A stretch of DNA of 64,000 nt from an uncultured Bacteroidaceae bacterium. Lineage in GTDB: Bacteria; Bacillota; Clostridia; Christensenellales; CAG-917. The stretch spans positions 59,411 to 123,410 of the forward strand of contig CAZRHE010000001.1 in assembly GCA_964599875.1 (NCBI GenBank), read 5' to 3'. Below the pieces are notes generated by a model that worked only from the letters and a program-made list of their open reading frames with translations, had not been told where the DNA came from and made no database searches. Of the stretch, positions 18,884 through 27,209 are shown piece after piece; position 1 is the first letter of the stretch, and every line of letters begins with the position of its first letter. The position numbers were made by a program, and so were the translations under genes.

Positions 18884-18912
18884 ATTCTATCACAACGCCC
18901 GATTCGTTGCAA
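18884..18912 (-). promoter_or_regulatory. Promoter of the riboswitch transcript
   Basis: TTGCAA, 17 nt, TGATAGAAT (extended -10). Predicted TSS lies a few nt before P1. Confidence 0.6.
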
Positions 18913-18965
18913 GCAAAGCGATATCGTTAAATAAAAACGCCGCCGTCATATAAAAATAAAAATCA

Positions 18966-18994
18966 TTGACACTGCCGACTTAAAATACTATAAT
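18966..18994 (+). promoter_or_regulatory. Consensus sigma-70 promoter for the zinc-ribbon membrane protein gene
   Basis: TTGACA, 17 nt, TATAAT, about 37 nt before the ATG at 19031 (AAGGAG RBS). Confidence 0.7.
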
Positions 18995-19030
18995 GTTATA
19001 GAAATAAATTTGTAATAAGGAGCGTCTACT

Positions 19031-19834
19031 ATGTATACGAGATGTCCAAGTTGCAGAGCCGAAATCAGTTTCGAGCCTCCCGCGAATGCGGCGAATCTCC
19101 CCGACGGCTACAAACATAAAATCAAATGCCCCAGTTGCGGCGTCACGATAGGCGTCAAAATCCCGAAAGTATCTTCGGATATTCAACCTACCTTTATCCC
19201 GCAAAATCCCAATGCGGTTTCTTCCGAGGCAACCTTTAGTGCAAACCTCGCACCCGTCGAAGAACAAACCGTACAAACGGCAATGCCCGCCGCAAAGAGA
19301 ATTTACGGCAGAGCGCGCAACGGCGTCATCATCGCGTTTTCCGCCCTCATCGCAATCATCTGCGCACTCGGCTATCTCGCCACGAGCGGCAAACTCGACT
19401 TCAACGGCTCGGCAGGCCTCGCGCTTTTCGACGGCGTCACCCCTATCATTCACCTGATAGACGGCAAATTCAGCGGAGTGGATGCAGTCCAAATCGTCAT
19501 CGCAATGCTCCCGTCAATCACTATGGTGCTTGCAGTCATCAACCTCATCGTAGCGATAATCTCCTGCTCCGTCGGCAAATACTGCAAACCGTTCAACCTG
19601 ATTTCGGGCTTGCTCATCGCGGTCGCATCCGTCTGCACGATATTCACCGAATGTCTGCTCTCAAGACTCACCGACAGCGTAAGTTCAATCGACTTCATCG
19701 ATTATCTCAAAAACAATATCATCGCGGACGGCAAGTATCTCGTCTTCGTCGGCGCCTTGTTCGGAATCGTGCTATTCGTTTGCTCCCTTGCATTCCTCTT
19801 CGTTTCCAACGAAAAGAAACCCAAAGCAGAATAA
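19031..19834 (+). CDS. Zinc-ribbon (MJ0042-type) N-terminal domain fused to a polytopic membrane domain; function unknown
   Basis: CPSCRAEISF...KCPSCGVTIGV, followed by 4-5 hydrophobic segments. Confidence 0.6.
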   Translation: MYTRCPSCRAEISFEPPANAANLPDGYKHKIKCPSCGVTIGVKIPKVSSDIQPTFIPQNPNAVSSEATFSANLAPVEEQTVQTAMPAAKRIYGRARNGVIIAFSALIAIICALGYLATSGKLDFNGSAGLALFDGVTPIIHLIDGKFSGVDAVQIVIAMLPSITMVLAVINLIVAIISCSVGKYCKPFNLISGLLIAVASVCTIFTECLLSRLTDSVSSIDFIDYLKNNIIADGKYLVFVGALFGIVLFVCSLAFLFVSNEKKPKAE

Positions 19835-19857
19835 TCCCCCCTATTGCAACCAAACCG

Positions 19858-19886
19858 CCCCGTCCTTCCCGACGGGGTTTTCTTTT
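19858..19886 (+). terminator. Rho-independent terminator
   Basis: CCCCGTC-CTTCCC-GACGGGG followed by TTTTCTTTT. Confidence 0.75.
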
Positions 19887-20154
19887 GCTCTCTTTTGGAA
19901 GTTGCATGCATTATGTGTCCACGACGCAAACCGACTGCCCAAAAAACGATTTGCCGCTAAAAGAACAAATGAGAAAAGGCAAGAATATTACTTGCTTTTA
20001 TTTTGCGACGCTTAATTTAAAACAAATTCACCCCTTCCGCTTTTCACCTGAAACGTTTTGTTTATGCTGTGAACGCTTTCTCCCCCCCCTTATTTGCGGT
20101 CGCCTACGATTGTCCGTGCGCAACGCAAGCAATGGTTAATTGACACTGCAAGGC

Positions 20155-20186
20155 ATAAAGGAAAGCCCCGAAAAATCGGGGCTTTG
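20155..20186 (-). terminator. Rho-independent terminator ending the glycan-utilisation operon
   Basis: Minus-strand AAAGCCCCGA-TTTT-TCGGGGCTTT followed by CCTTTAT. Confidence 0.65.
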
Positions 20187-20208
20187 AGGAATAAATTGCA
20201 CGAGGCTA

Positions 20209-22344
20209 TTATTCTGCGGTTTTGGGTTGAATGACGAGTTGAGTTTGGTCAATGACTTCATAGCGGACTTGGTTGTACGTCCAGCTTTGGCCGGCCTTGA
20301 AGAAAAAGTTTCCGTTTTGGAGATCGACTTTTTGATAATAACTTGCATTGTCTGCGGGTTCAATGTCGGAATACACGTAGATATGGAACCAGCACCAGGG
20401 AGTACCATTGACTTCGAGTTGAGTGAGGTCGAAACGAAGTTCGAACGCTCCGCCGCCTTCGGTCAAAACGGATGCGCCGGTGCCGTACCAGTGGGCGCTA
20501 TTGCCGTCTGCATGAATCTTGAGGCAAGGAATTTGATTACTGGTGCTACCCTTGACGACGAGAGTCAAACCGTTCGTGGTGTCAACGGAAATGGATTGAA
20601 CGTCGAATTGTGCATCGATGGTTTGAGGATAAATCTCCAAACCGTCGGCGGTATTGACACGATAACGCACGCCGTTGTATTCGACGTAGGAACCTGCCGT
20701 AATGAGTTCACCTCTTTGGACGTTTTCTTGTTCATGTGTTGCGTCATCTGCGGCATTTGCAACTTCGTAAGTCCAAGTATGGAAATAGTAAACCGAACTT
20801 TCGGTAGGCAAATCGGAGATAGGTGCTCTGAATTCGTATTTACCGAGGTCGGCTGCAACGTTTTCCCACCATCTTTCACCACCGCTGCTCAAAATGTGAA
20901 GTTTCACGCAAGGAGTGTCGGTAGGCATATCGCCTTTGACGACGAGAGTGGGAACGGTGCCCGTGGTGTCGAATTCGATGGAAGTGGTTGCCATTGCGGG
21001 AGTTGCTTTGGGTTGAATGACGAGTTGAGTTTTGTCGATAACTTCATAACGGACGCCGTTGTAGTCGACGAACGAACCTGCGGTGAATGCGGTTCCTCTT
21101 TCAAGGTCGAATCTGCCGTCGGGGTCTGCGAGTTTGTCGGCACCGGGATTTTCTTCGTTATAGGTGAAGATATGGAACCAGCACCAAGGAGTGTCGCTAA
21201 GTTGTGCTTCTACGACTTCTGCAAAGTCGAAACGACATTCGAATTTGCCGTCTGCTATGGTTCCGTTGTCGCCATAGAAATTCGCATCATTATTTCCGTT
21301 GGCATGAATTACGATGCCTTTCACGCTGGGTTGAGTGGTGCCTTTGACGACGAGTTCCGCTTTACCTTGAGTGAAATCGAGTTCGATGCTTTCAACGACT
21401 GCTTTGGGAAGTGCTTTCGCTTGAAGGACGAATTGATTTTGGTCTTGCACGGTGTATGCGACTTCGTTGTAAGTCACGCTCGTGCCGACTGCGACGTCAC
21501 CTCTTTGGAGGTTGCAAAGGTCACCGTCGGTGGTGAGAGGAGTGCTATCTTTGGTGGGATTTTCTTCCGCATACGGATAGATATGGAACCAGCACCAAGG
21601 AGTATCGTTGTGCACGGGGATTTCGGTGATTGCCATTTCAAAGCGATAGACGCCCGCGTACTTAGAGACGTTGTTGAAATAATAATTATATTTCGTGTCG
21701 TTGTAAGTTGCGTCGAAGTGAAGCATGACGTTGCCGATAGTTACGTCTTCGACTTCGGGAATCATACCCTCGACGACGAGAGTGGGAACGCCTTCGATGG
21801 TTTCGATTGCGATCGAATCTTCAACGACCTTTTTGACGTTCAACACGACTGCATCGACTGCGCCTGCCGCGATTTGGACGGTTGCATCGAAGTAACCGTC
21901 CGCCTTAACGGTGTAGGTGCCGAAAGGAACGATTTCGTTCGTGGTGAATTTGCCGTCCGCTATGGTTGCGGTGAAGGAATTCTTTTTGTAGCCGATGGTT
22001 ACGCTGACGCCGTTGAGTGCGGTTGCAGTGCCACCGTCGTTGCCACTGATTTCAAAACTGACGCCGATGCGGTCGATAACGTCGACTGCGTGTTGGCAAA
22101 CGTCGCATTTGCCGTCGCGATTTTCGTCTACGTGCGCGACTTTGGAATCGGGTTTGATTTCATCGTCGGCGGGGCAAGCGTACCAGTGATTGTCGCCATC
22201 GCTCTTGAGTTCGGTATAGTCGTGTTCATGCGCGGCGGGCGTGGGATCGGGAGTAGGATCTTTCGAATCGTTACACGCGAACAACACGCTCATGCAAAGC
22301 ACGAGGCACAAAACCAATACGAGTGCTTTAATTGTTTTTCTCAT
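20209..22344 (-). CDS. Surface lipoprotein: Ca-binding-like DENRDGKCDVC motif, CarboxypepD_reg-like domain, and four tandem PWCWFHIY modules
   Basis: Lipobox SVLFAC and AAAGGAGAA RBS. The 711-aa protein has four ~130-aa repeats, each ending in YNGVRYEVIDxTQLVIQPK-like strands. Confidence 0.8.
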   Translation of the reverse strand: MRKTIKALVLVLCLVLCMSVLFACNDSKDPTPDPTPAAHEHDYTELKSDGDNHWYACPADDEIKPDSKVAHVDENRDGKCDVCQHAVDVIDRIGVSFEISGNDGGTATALNGVSVTIGYKKNSFTATIADGKFTTNEIVPFGTYTVKADGYFDATVQIAAGAVDAVVLNVKKVVEDSIAIETIEGVPTLVVEGMIPEVEDVTIGNVMLHFDATYNDTKYNYYFNNVSKYAGVYRFEMAITEIPVHNDTPWCWFHIYPYAEENPTKDSTPLTTDGDLCNLQRGDVAVGTSVTYNEVAYTVQDQNQFVLQAKALPKAVVESIELDFTQGKAELVVKGTTQPSVKGIVIHANGNNDANFYGDNGTIADGKFECRFDFAEVVEAQLSDTPWCWFHIFTYNEENPGADKLADPDGRFDLERGTAFTAGSFVDYNGVRYEVIDKTQLVIQPKATPAMATTSIEFDTTGTVPTLVVKGDMPTDTPCVKLHILSSGGERWWENVAADLGKYEFRAPISDLPTESSVYYFHTWTYEVANAADDATHEQENVQRGELITAGSYVEYNGVRYRVNTADGLEIYPQTIDAQFDVQSISVDTTNGLTLVVKGSTSNQIPCLKIHADGNSAHWYGTGASVLTEGGGAFELRFDLTQLEVNGTPWCWFHIYVYSDIEPADNASYYQKVDLQNGNFFFKAGQSWTYNQVRYEVIDQTQLVIQPKTAE
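20212..21813 (-). repeat. Four tandem coding repeats (about 390-415 nt each) encoding the unassigned PWCWFHIY module
   Basis: Module boundaries are roughly 21813-21397, 21396-20989, 20988-20602 and 20601-20212. The near-identical nucleotide core ATGGAACCAGCACCA(A/G)GGAGT recurs at about 21583, 21182 and 20392. The third module is degenerate (YYFHTWTY). Confidence 0.8.
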
Positions 22345-22396
22345 AATTTGTTCTCCTTTATATTTTTTTATATTTTAGAGTTTAATCTCCAAATAT

Positions 22397-22903
22397 CTAT
22401 TGATTAACGTCGTTTTCTGCGATTTCGACATTTTCGGGCTCTTCGGATTCATCCGTATCGTCGGTGACGTCGGACAATGCGTACAAGCCCATATTCTTCC
22501 TCGACGCATACAGTGCAACCGCGCCTACCGCGTACGCCACGCCGATTACGAGCACGATGGAGGGCAAGAACCAATTCGTCCTTGTAAGCGTTATGGAGTG
22601 CGGATCGTCTTTGTATCTGCCGTTAAGCGTAGTGCCTACGCTGAAGTTCGACGGATAGTCTTCGAGTACAGCCTCCACCCTTTCGCCGTCCGCGTTTACG
22701 TATTCGACCTTTATGCTCTCTATCGTGACGCCCTCTTCTCCGTCCGCATTTTCGACGACGCTCACTTCGGTTATCGTGCAAGCGACTTCGACGTAACTCT
22801 TATCCTTTGCGGCGGTGAAAGAGAGGTACACTATTCCGCCTATGGTTTGAAGGACGGATATCACGATGAGGACTATGAACAAGGTCTTGAACCGTTTTTT
22901 CAT
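22397..22903 (-). CDS. Two-TM membrane protein with DUF3592-like topology and an acidic C-terminal tail
   Basis: Start re-set to the ATG at 22903 (ATGA overlap with the GH30 stop). N- and C-terminal TMs flank a beta-rich segment. Confidence 0.5.
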   Translation of the reverse strand: MKKRFKTLFIVLIVISVLQTIGGIVYLSFTAAKDKSYVEVACTITEVSVVENADGEEGVTIESIKVEYVNADGERVEAVLEDYPSNFSVGTTLNGRYKDDPHSITLTRTNWFLPSIVLVIGVAYAVGAVALYASRKNMGLYALSDVTDDTDESEEPENVEIAENDVNQ

Positions 22904-24225
22904 AGCAACACGGTGACTATGGATTGTCCTTCGAGTGTCAAACCGAAGACCTTTCCGTCCACGTCGATATTCGTTTTGACGTCGCGTTTGCCGACGTTCA
23001 AAATCACTATCGCAAGACTTCCGTCGGGGTTTTGATACGCGGTTTGATAAATCTCGCTCACGCCGCCCGAACTGAATACGCGTTTCGCGCCGGGTTCGAT
23101 GAATTTCGAGAAGTGCGCGATATGCCAATAACTCGGCTTGAAGTTGATTCCGCCCTTGCCGTCGAGCATAATCGGCGCTTCACAGAAGTTGCCTTTATGG
23201 TTGGGGCCGCCGTTTTCGTCGAGCACCAAATTCCAGTCGATATATCCCTCGGACCAGTTGTTGAGATCGTTGATGATTTGAAGTGCGTAACGCTGACCGT
23301 TTTCCCAAAGTCCCGCTTCGACGGGGAGCCCTGTCGTCGAGTCGTAAGCAAGTTCGACGCAACATTCGGTGAGAAGAATATGTAGGTCGGGATATAGCGT
23401 GTGCAAGTTGGATAGATTTTCGTATCTGTCGCAACAATACCAGTGATATCCAACACCCCAAACGTGTTCTTTCACGCCGTCGATTGAGAGGGTGTCTATC
23501 GTCCTGCGCACTACTCTGTCGCGGTTGTGGTCCCAAAGGTAGAATTTGACGTCAAGACCGTGACGCTTGAACGCAGGAGCAAGATATTCGCTTATTTCTC
23601 TACCCTCTTCGAATGCGTCCACTTCTCTCGATTCCCAACGCTGAATCGCCTCGGGTTCGTTTTGCACGGCGACGTATTTGACGTCTATTCCGCGTTTTTT
23701 GAGTTCGCATAGATAGCGAGAATAATATTCCGCCCAAAATTCGCGATATTCGTCTTTGAGTTTTCCGCCCTCGTTCATATTGCCGTTAGTCTTGGCAAAC
23801 GCGGGAGGGGACCACGGCGCCGCAAAAAAGGTAATTTCGCGTTTCGCCGTATCCATACAACGCTTGACGAGAGGCAATCTTGCCTTATCCTCGACTTCGA
23901 GGCTGAACGTGTCGATATCCTCTCCGTTCACGTAAACGTAACTTTCGGGAGAAAAGTCGGAGGAATGCACGGTGAGCCTTGCAAGGTTATAATTCAAGCC
24001 GTCTTCCGAGAAGTATGCGTCCACGATTTTTTTCTTCACGGCGTCGTCGCACGCCTCGTAGCATGCGACCGTCGAATCCGTGAACGCTCCGCCGAAACCG
24101 AGGTGCGTTTGATATTTGATATCCGTGCGCACGACGATATCGTTGACGATGCCCTCGAAGATATTTTCCGCGGGGACTTCTTTGAGCCTATCCCCGCTGT
24201 TTGAAGTTTTGATTATTTTTGCCAT
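22900..24225 (-). CDS. Glycoside hydrolase family 30, cytoplasmic (no signal peptide)
   Basis: FGGAFTDS, PWSPPAFAK, acid/base context VAVQNEPEA and nucleophile context LLTECC. Confidence 0.8.
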   Translation of the reverse strand: MAKIIKTSNSGDRLKEVPAENIFEGIVNDIVVRTDIKYQTHLGFGGAFTDSTVACYEACDDAVKKKIVDAYFSEDGLNYNLARLTVHSSDFSPESYVYVNGEDIDTFSLEVEDKARLPLVKRCMDTAKREITFFAAPWSPPAFAKTNGNMNEGGKLKDEYREFWAEYYSRYLCELKKRGIDVKYVAVQNEPEAIQRWESREVDAFEEGREISEYLAPAFKRHGLDVKFYLWDHNRDRVVRRTIDTLSIDGVKEHVWGVGYHWYCCDRYENLSNLHTLYPDLHILLTECCVELAYDSTTGLPVEAGLWENGQRYALQIINDLNNWSEGYIDWNLVLDENGGPNHKGNFCEAPIMLDGKGGINFKPSYWHIAHFSKFIEPGAKRVFSSGGVSEIYQTAYQNPDGSLAIVILNVGKRDVKTNIDVDGKVFGLTLEGQSIVTVLL

Positions 24226-24231
24226 AGTTTT

Positions 24232-25686
24232 TTAGTTCTTCTCCGCTTGGATTACGAGTTGCATGGAGCCGCCGCTTCTTATGGAATAACGCACTCCGTC
24301 GTACACGAAACTTTGATTGATTTTGAGTTCGCTGCCTCTCGACAATTCCGAAGAATTTTCAGTGCTGATGCCTTCCTTGTAGGTGTAGATGTGGAACCAG
24401 CACCAAGGAGTGCTCGAATTGTAAGGAATCTTGGTGAGTTGCATCTTGAATTCGAACTTGCCGCTTTCCGTGCTCACGTTTTCGCTGTAATAGTGATGCT
24501 TTACTCCACCGAACTCCGCGTCGAAGTGCAAACGAACGTCCACGATGCCCTCCGAAGTGATTTCGCCTTTCACGACGAGAGTAGGCACGCCGTCGGTACC
24601 GGTTTCGATATCGATATAATCCACTCTGCAATCGCTGAATTCATAGTTAAGTTTGAGAATTTTGTTCCATTCTTTGAACTCGAACTTGACTTTGTCGTAA
24701 TCAAGCGTTTGCCACATATCCGCGGCGCTATCCGAAATTTCGCAGAGGTTGCCGAACGAAGTCGTGAGTTTGATATCGTACCAAATGCCCGCGCCTTTTT
24801 CGCTGATGACTTGAGAAATATCAACGGTCACGCTGAAATCATCCCCCGCACTTCCGCTCTTTGCTTCCCCGATAATTTCGAGAACTTTGCCGAGTTTTTC
24901 GTCCGGGCTGTAAAGTTCGACCGCGACTTCGCCGTCAGTGACGAATTTGCCGTCCACTTTGATATAGGGAGTGCCGTTTTCACTCATCATTTCGACTTTG
25001 ATATTCGAATACAAATTTTCGATGGTCGTGATGGGTGCGCTGATATATTTCACGATGCCGTTCTTTGCCGAAAGCACGACGAAGTAATAAGGCTCGCTTT
25101 CGTCGGGACTTACGTCGGTCGTGGAATCCACGCCGAAAATATTGACGTTTTGCGCAATAAGCGTCGCGTCGTCGCCGAAAACGAGAGAGGCACTTCTATA
25201 TACGGATTTGCCCGTAGGGTCGCAGAACGAACTCCAAGAAGTGCCGCTGACAAAGTTGTAGGAAAGCACCGCCGTGTTTGATTCGGTTTTGCTGAGTGCG
25301 GGCGTCATTTGAGGACGGGTAAGAGGTAAATTCGCCGTGTTGGAGCCGTCCACGACGGTGATATAGTAGGAATTGTATTTGACCTCTTCGGTGAATGCGT
25401 ACTTGCCGTCCACGACAGTGTATTCGACGGGATTGGAATCCGCCGTGATTTTTTCGTATCTGGTCACGTAAACCTTTGCGGTTGCGGAGGGCGCGATATT
25501 GCTTTCCACGACGTATTCGTACGTATTCGTGCCTTTTTGCGTGATTTGTACGCCGCTGATATCAAAGGACGTGTAGGGCTCTACCGTGTAGGTAGGGTCC
25601 GTCTTATCTTCGTTGCAAGCGAACAGGCAAACGGATAATATCGCGATAAGTCCTATCAGTAATACTAAACTTATTTTCTTTTTCAT
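24232..25686 (-). CDS. Surface lipoprotein ending in one PWCWFHIY module
   Basis: Lipobox CLFAC. The C-terminal ~130 aa (VPTLVVKGE...TPWCWFHIYTYKE...YDGVRYSIRSGGSMQLVIQAEKN) are homologous to the modules at 20212-21813. Confidence 0.8.
   Translation of the reverse strand: MKKKISLVLLIGLIAILSVCLFACNEDKTDPTYTVEPYTSFDISGVQITQKGTNTYEYVVESNIAPSATAKVYVTRYEKITADSNPVEYTVVDGKYAFTEEVKYNSYYITVVDGSNTANLPLTRPQMTPALSKTESNTAVLSYNFVSGTSWSSFCDPTGKSVYRSASLVFGDDATLIAQNVNIFGVDSTTDVSPDESEPYYFVVLSAKNGIVKYISAPITTIENLYSNIKVEMMSENGTPYIKVDGKFVTDGEVAVELYSPDEKLGKVLEIIGEAKSGSAGDDFSVTVDISQVISEKGAGIWYDIKLTTSFGNLCEISDSAADMWQTLDYDKVKFEFKEWNKILKLNYEFSDCRVDYIDIETGTDGVPTLVVKGEITSEGIVDVRLHFDAEFGGVKHHYYSENVSTESGKFEFKMQLTKIPYNSSTPWCWFHIYTYKEGISTENSSELSRGSELKINQSFVYDGVRYSIRSGGSMQLVIQAEKN
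24235..24633 (-). repeat. Fifth copy of the PWCWFHIY coding module
   Basis: Same nucleotide core GTGGAACCAGCACCAAGGAGT at about 24391-24411. A more degenerate copy may precede it (IKVDGKFVT...WYDIKL...ILKLNYEF). Confidence 0.7.
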
Positions 25687-25698
25687 AATTCACCTCTT

Positions 25699-27198
25699 TT
25701 AGCAAACGAAGGTCACGATACTTTGAGGTTGAAGTTCGAAAGTAACGTTTTGACCGCCGATGACGACGTGAACGTTTTCGGAGAGTTGGTCGGATATGTT
25801 GACCGCGCAAACGACGATTGCTCCGTCCGCTCTGTAAAGCGCGCACGCCATGATTTGAGATTCGTTTGAAGATATGGTTTCGAGTGCTTTTGCATATACG
25901 CCGTCGATTGCGTATGCAAACTTGCCTACGTGCGCCATTGCGTAATACGCACTGCGTTTGAAGTAGCCGTATTCTCCGTTTTCGTAGTCCATATCGAGAA
26001 CGCCGTAGCATTCGTTGCCGTGAGATATAGGCGTAGGCGAGCCGTCGGGACGAAGAACGAGATTCCAGAACATTGCGCCGTTAAGTCCGTAGTTAAGCGG
26101 GTCAATGGTGACGTAGGTCGCCGCATAGGACAGGTTTTTCGCAAAGTCGTTGGAGCCCGTATGCTCGGTGATTTCGGTCATGAAGATTTCCTTGTCGGGA
26201 TAATTGGTTTTGATATAATCGCAACCGTCCGAAATCGTGTACTCTTCTACACTGCCGTATCCGTGATACGCAAAGCCGTCCGCATTGGAAGTGCCGTCAA
26301 AGAGAGTGTCCGCATAGTCGAAAGCCAAATCATCCACGTTGTGTTCCCAACCGAGTATTTTGACGTTAAGGTTTTTTTCGTCGAGTTTTTCGGAGAGTTT
26401 ATTCACGAGTTTGATTGCCACGAGTTCGTTTATCTCCATATGGGGATAACTCACGTTTTTAATGTTGGGCTCGTTGACAAGGGAGAGATAATCGATATCT
26501 ATGCCTTCCGCCTTGTACGCCTCTACGAATTTGACGAGATATTTCGCATATACGTCGTAGCAGGAAACGTCGAGTTCGCTGTCGGTTTTAAGGTTGCTGC
26601 TTTCCTTCATCCAAGCGGGAGCAGACCAAGGGCATGCGAAGATTTTGACGTCGGGATTGATTGCGAGAATCTTTTTGAGGACGGCGATTATATTCGCGTC
26701 GTGCTCGATCGAGAAATGCTCGAGTGCTCTGTCGTCATCGCTTTCAGGGTCGTCGATATCGTCGCAGGTGAAGAACTCGTTTCCTTCGATATAGTCGCTT
26801 GCACCGATGGGGATACGCACCAAACCGAGATTCGCGCCGTCCTTGCCGTAAAGTTCGTTGAGCATTTCATCCGCGGTTGCACTTGCACCCTCTTGCATAA
26901 GAAGATACGCGGAAGAGTGAGTGAGGGACGCGCCGTAGCCGTAGAAGTCTTGTTTCTTTTTTTCGGTGTCAACTTGAACGACGACACCCGTTGCTTCGAG
27001 GCTGTCGAGATTGTCGTACGCGCTGAATTTGAGTGAAGTTTGTCTTGCCATAAGTTTGGACATGGTGCCCGTAGTCACGTACACGTCCGCATAAGTGCGA
27101 CTGCGCGATTCTTTTTCGTTGCAACCCGCAAAGCACACCGCTATGCTCGTTGCAAGCACGAATACGCAGACAAGAAGTGCAATTCTTTTAAGTTTCAT
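25699..27198 (-). CDS. Secreted or lipid-anchored glycoside hydrolase family 30
   Basis: Lipobox CFAGC. YGYGASLTHS, PWSAPAWMK, acid/base context LSLVNEPNI and nucleophile context IFMTEITEH. Confidence 0.8.
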   Translation of the reverse strand: MKLKRIALLVCVFVLATSIAVCFAGCNEKESRSRTYADVYVTTGTMSKLMARQTSLKFSAYDNLDSLEATGVVVQVDTEKKKQDFYGYGASLTHSSAYLLMQEGASATADEMLNELYGKDGANLGLVRIPIGASDYIEGNEFFTCDDIDDPESDDDRALEHFSIEHDANIIAVLKKILAINPDVKIFACPWSAPAWMKESSNLKTDSELDVSCYDVYAKYLVKFVEAYKAEGIDIDYLSLVNEPNIKNVSYPHMEINELVAIKLVNKLSEKLDEKNLNVKILGWEHNVDDLAFDYADTLFDGTSNADGFAYHGYGSVEEYTISDGCDYIKTNYPDKEIFMTEITEHTGSNDFAKNLSYAATYVTIDPLNYGLNGAMFWNLVLRPDGSPTPISHGNECYGVLDMDYENGEYGYFKRSAYYAMAHVGKFAYAIDGVYAKALETISSNESQIMACALYRADGAIVVCAVNISDQLSENVHVVIGGQNVTFELQPQSIVTFVC

Positions 27199-27209
27199 AA
27201 ATTCCTCCG

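Noticed and set aside
18526-18953. Four 80-114-aa ORFs on both strands
   Set aside because: They cover the cobalamin riboswitch and its promoter. This region is explained by conserved RNA motifs, and the ORFs lack RBSs.
20227-27036. Plus-strand ORFs of 726, 211, 153, 344 and 368 aa across the glycan locus
   Set aside because: All are antisense to minus-strand genes that have lipoboxes, GH30 catalytic motifs and RBSs. None has recognisable features.
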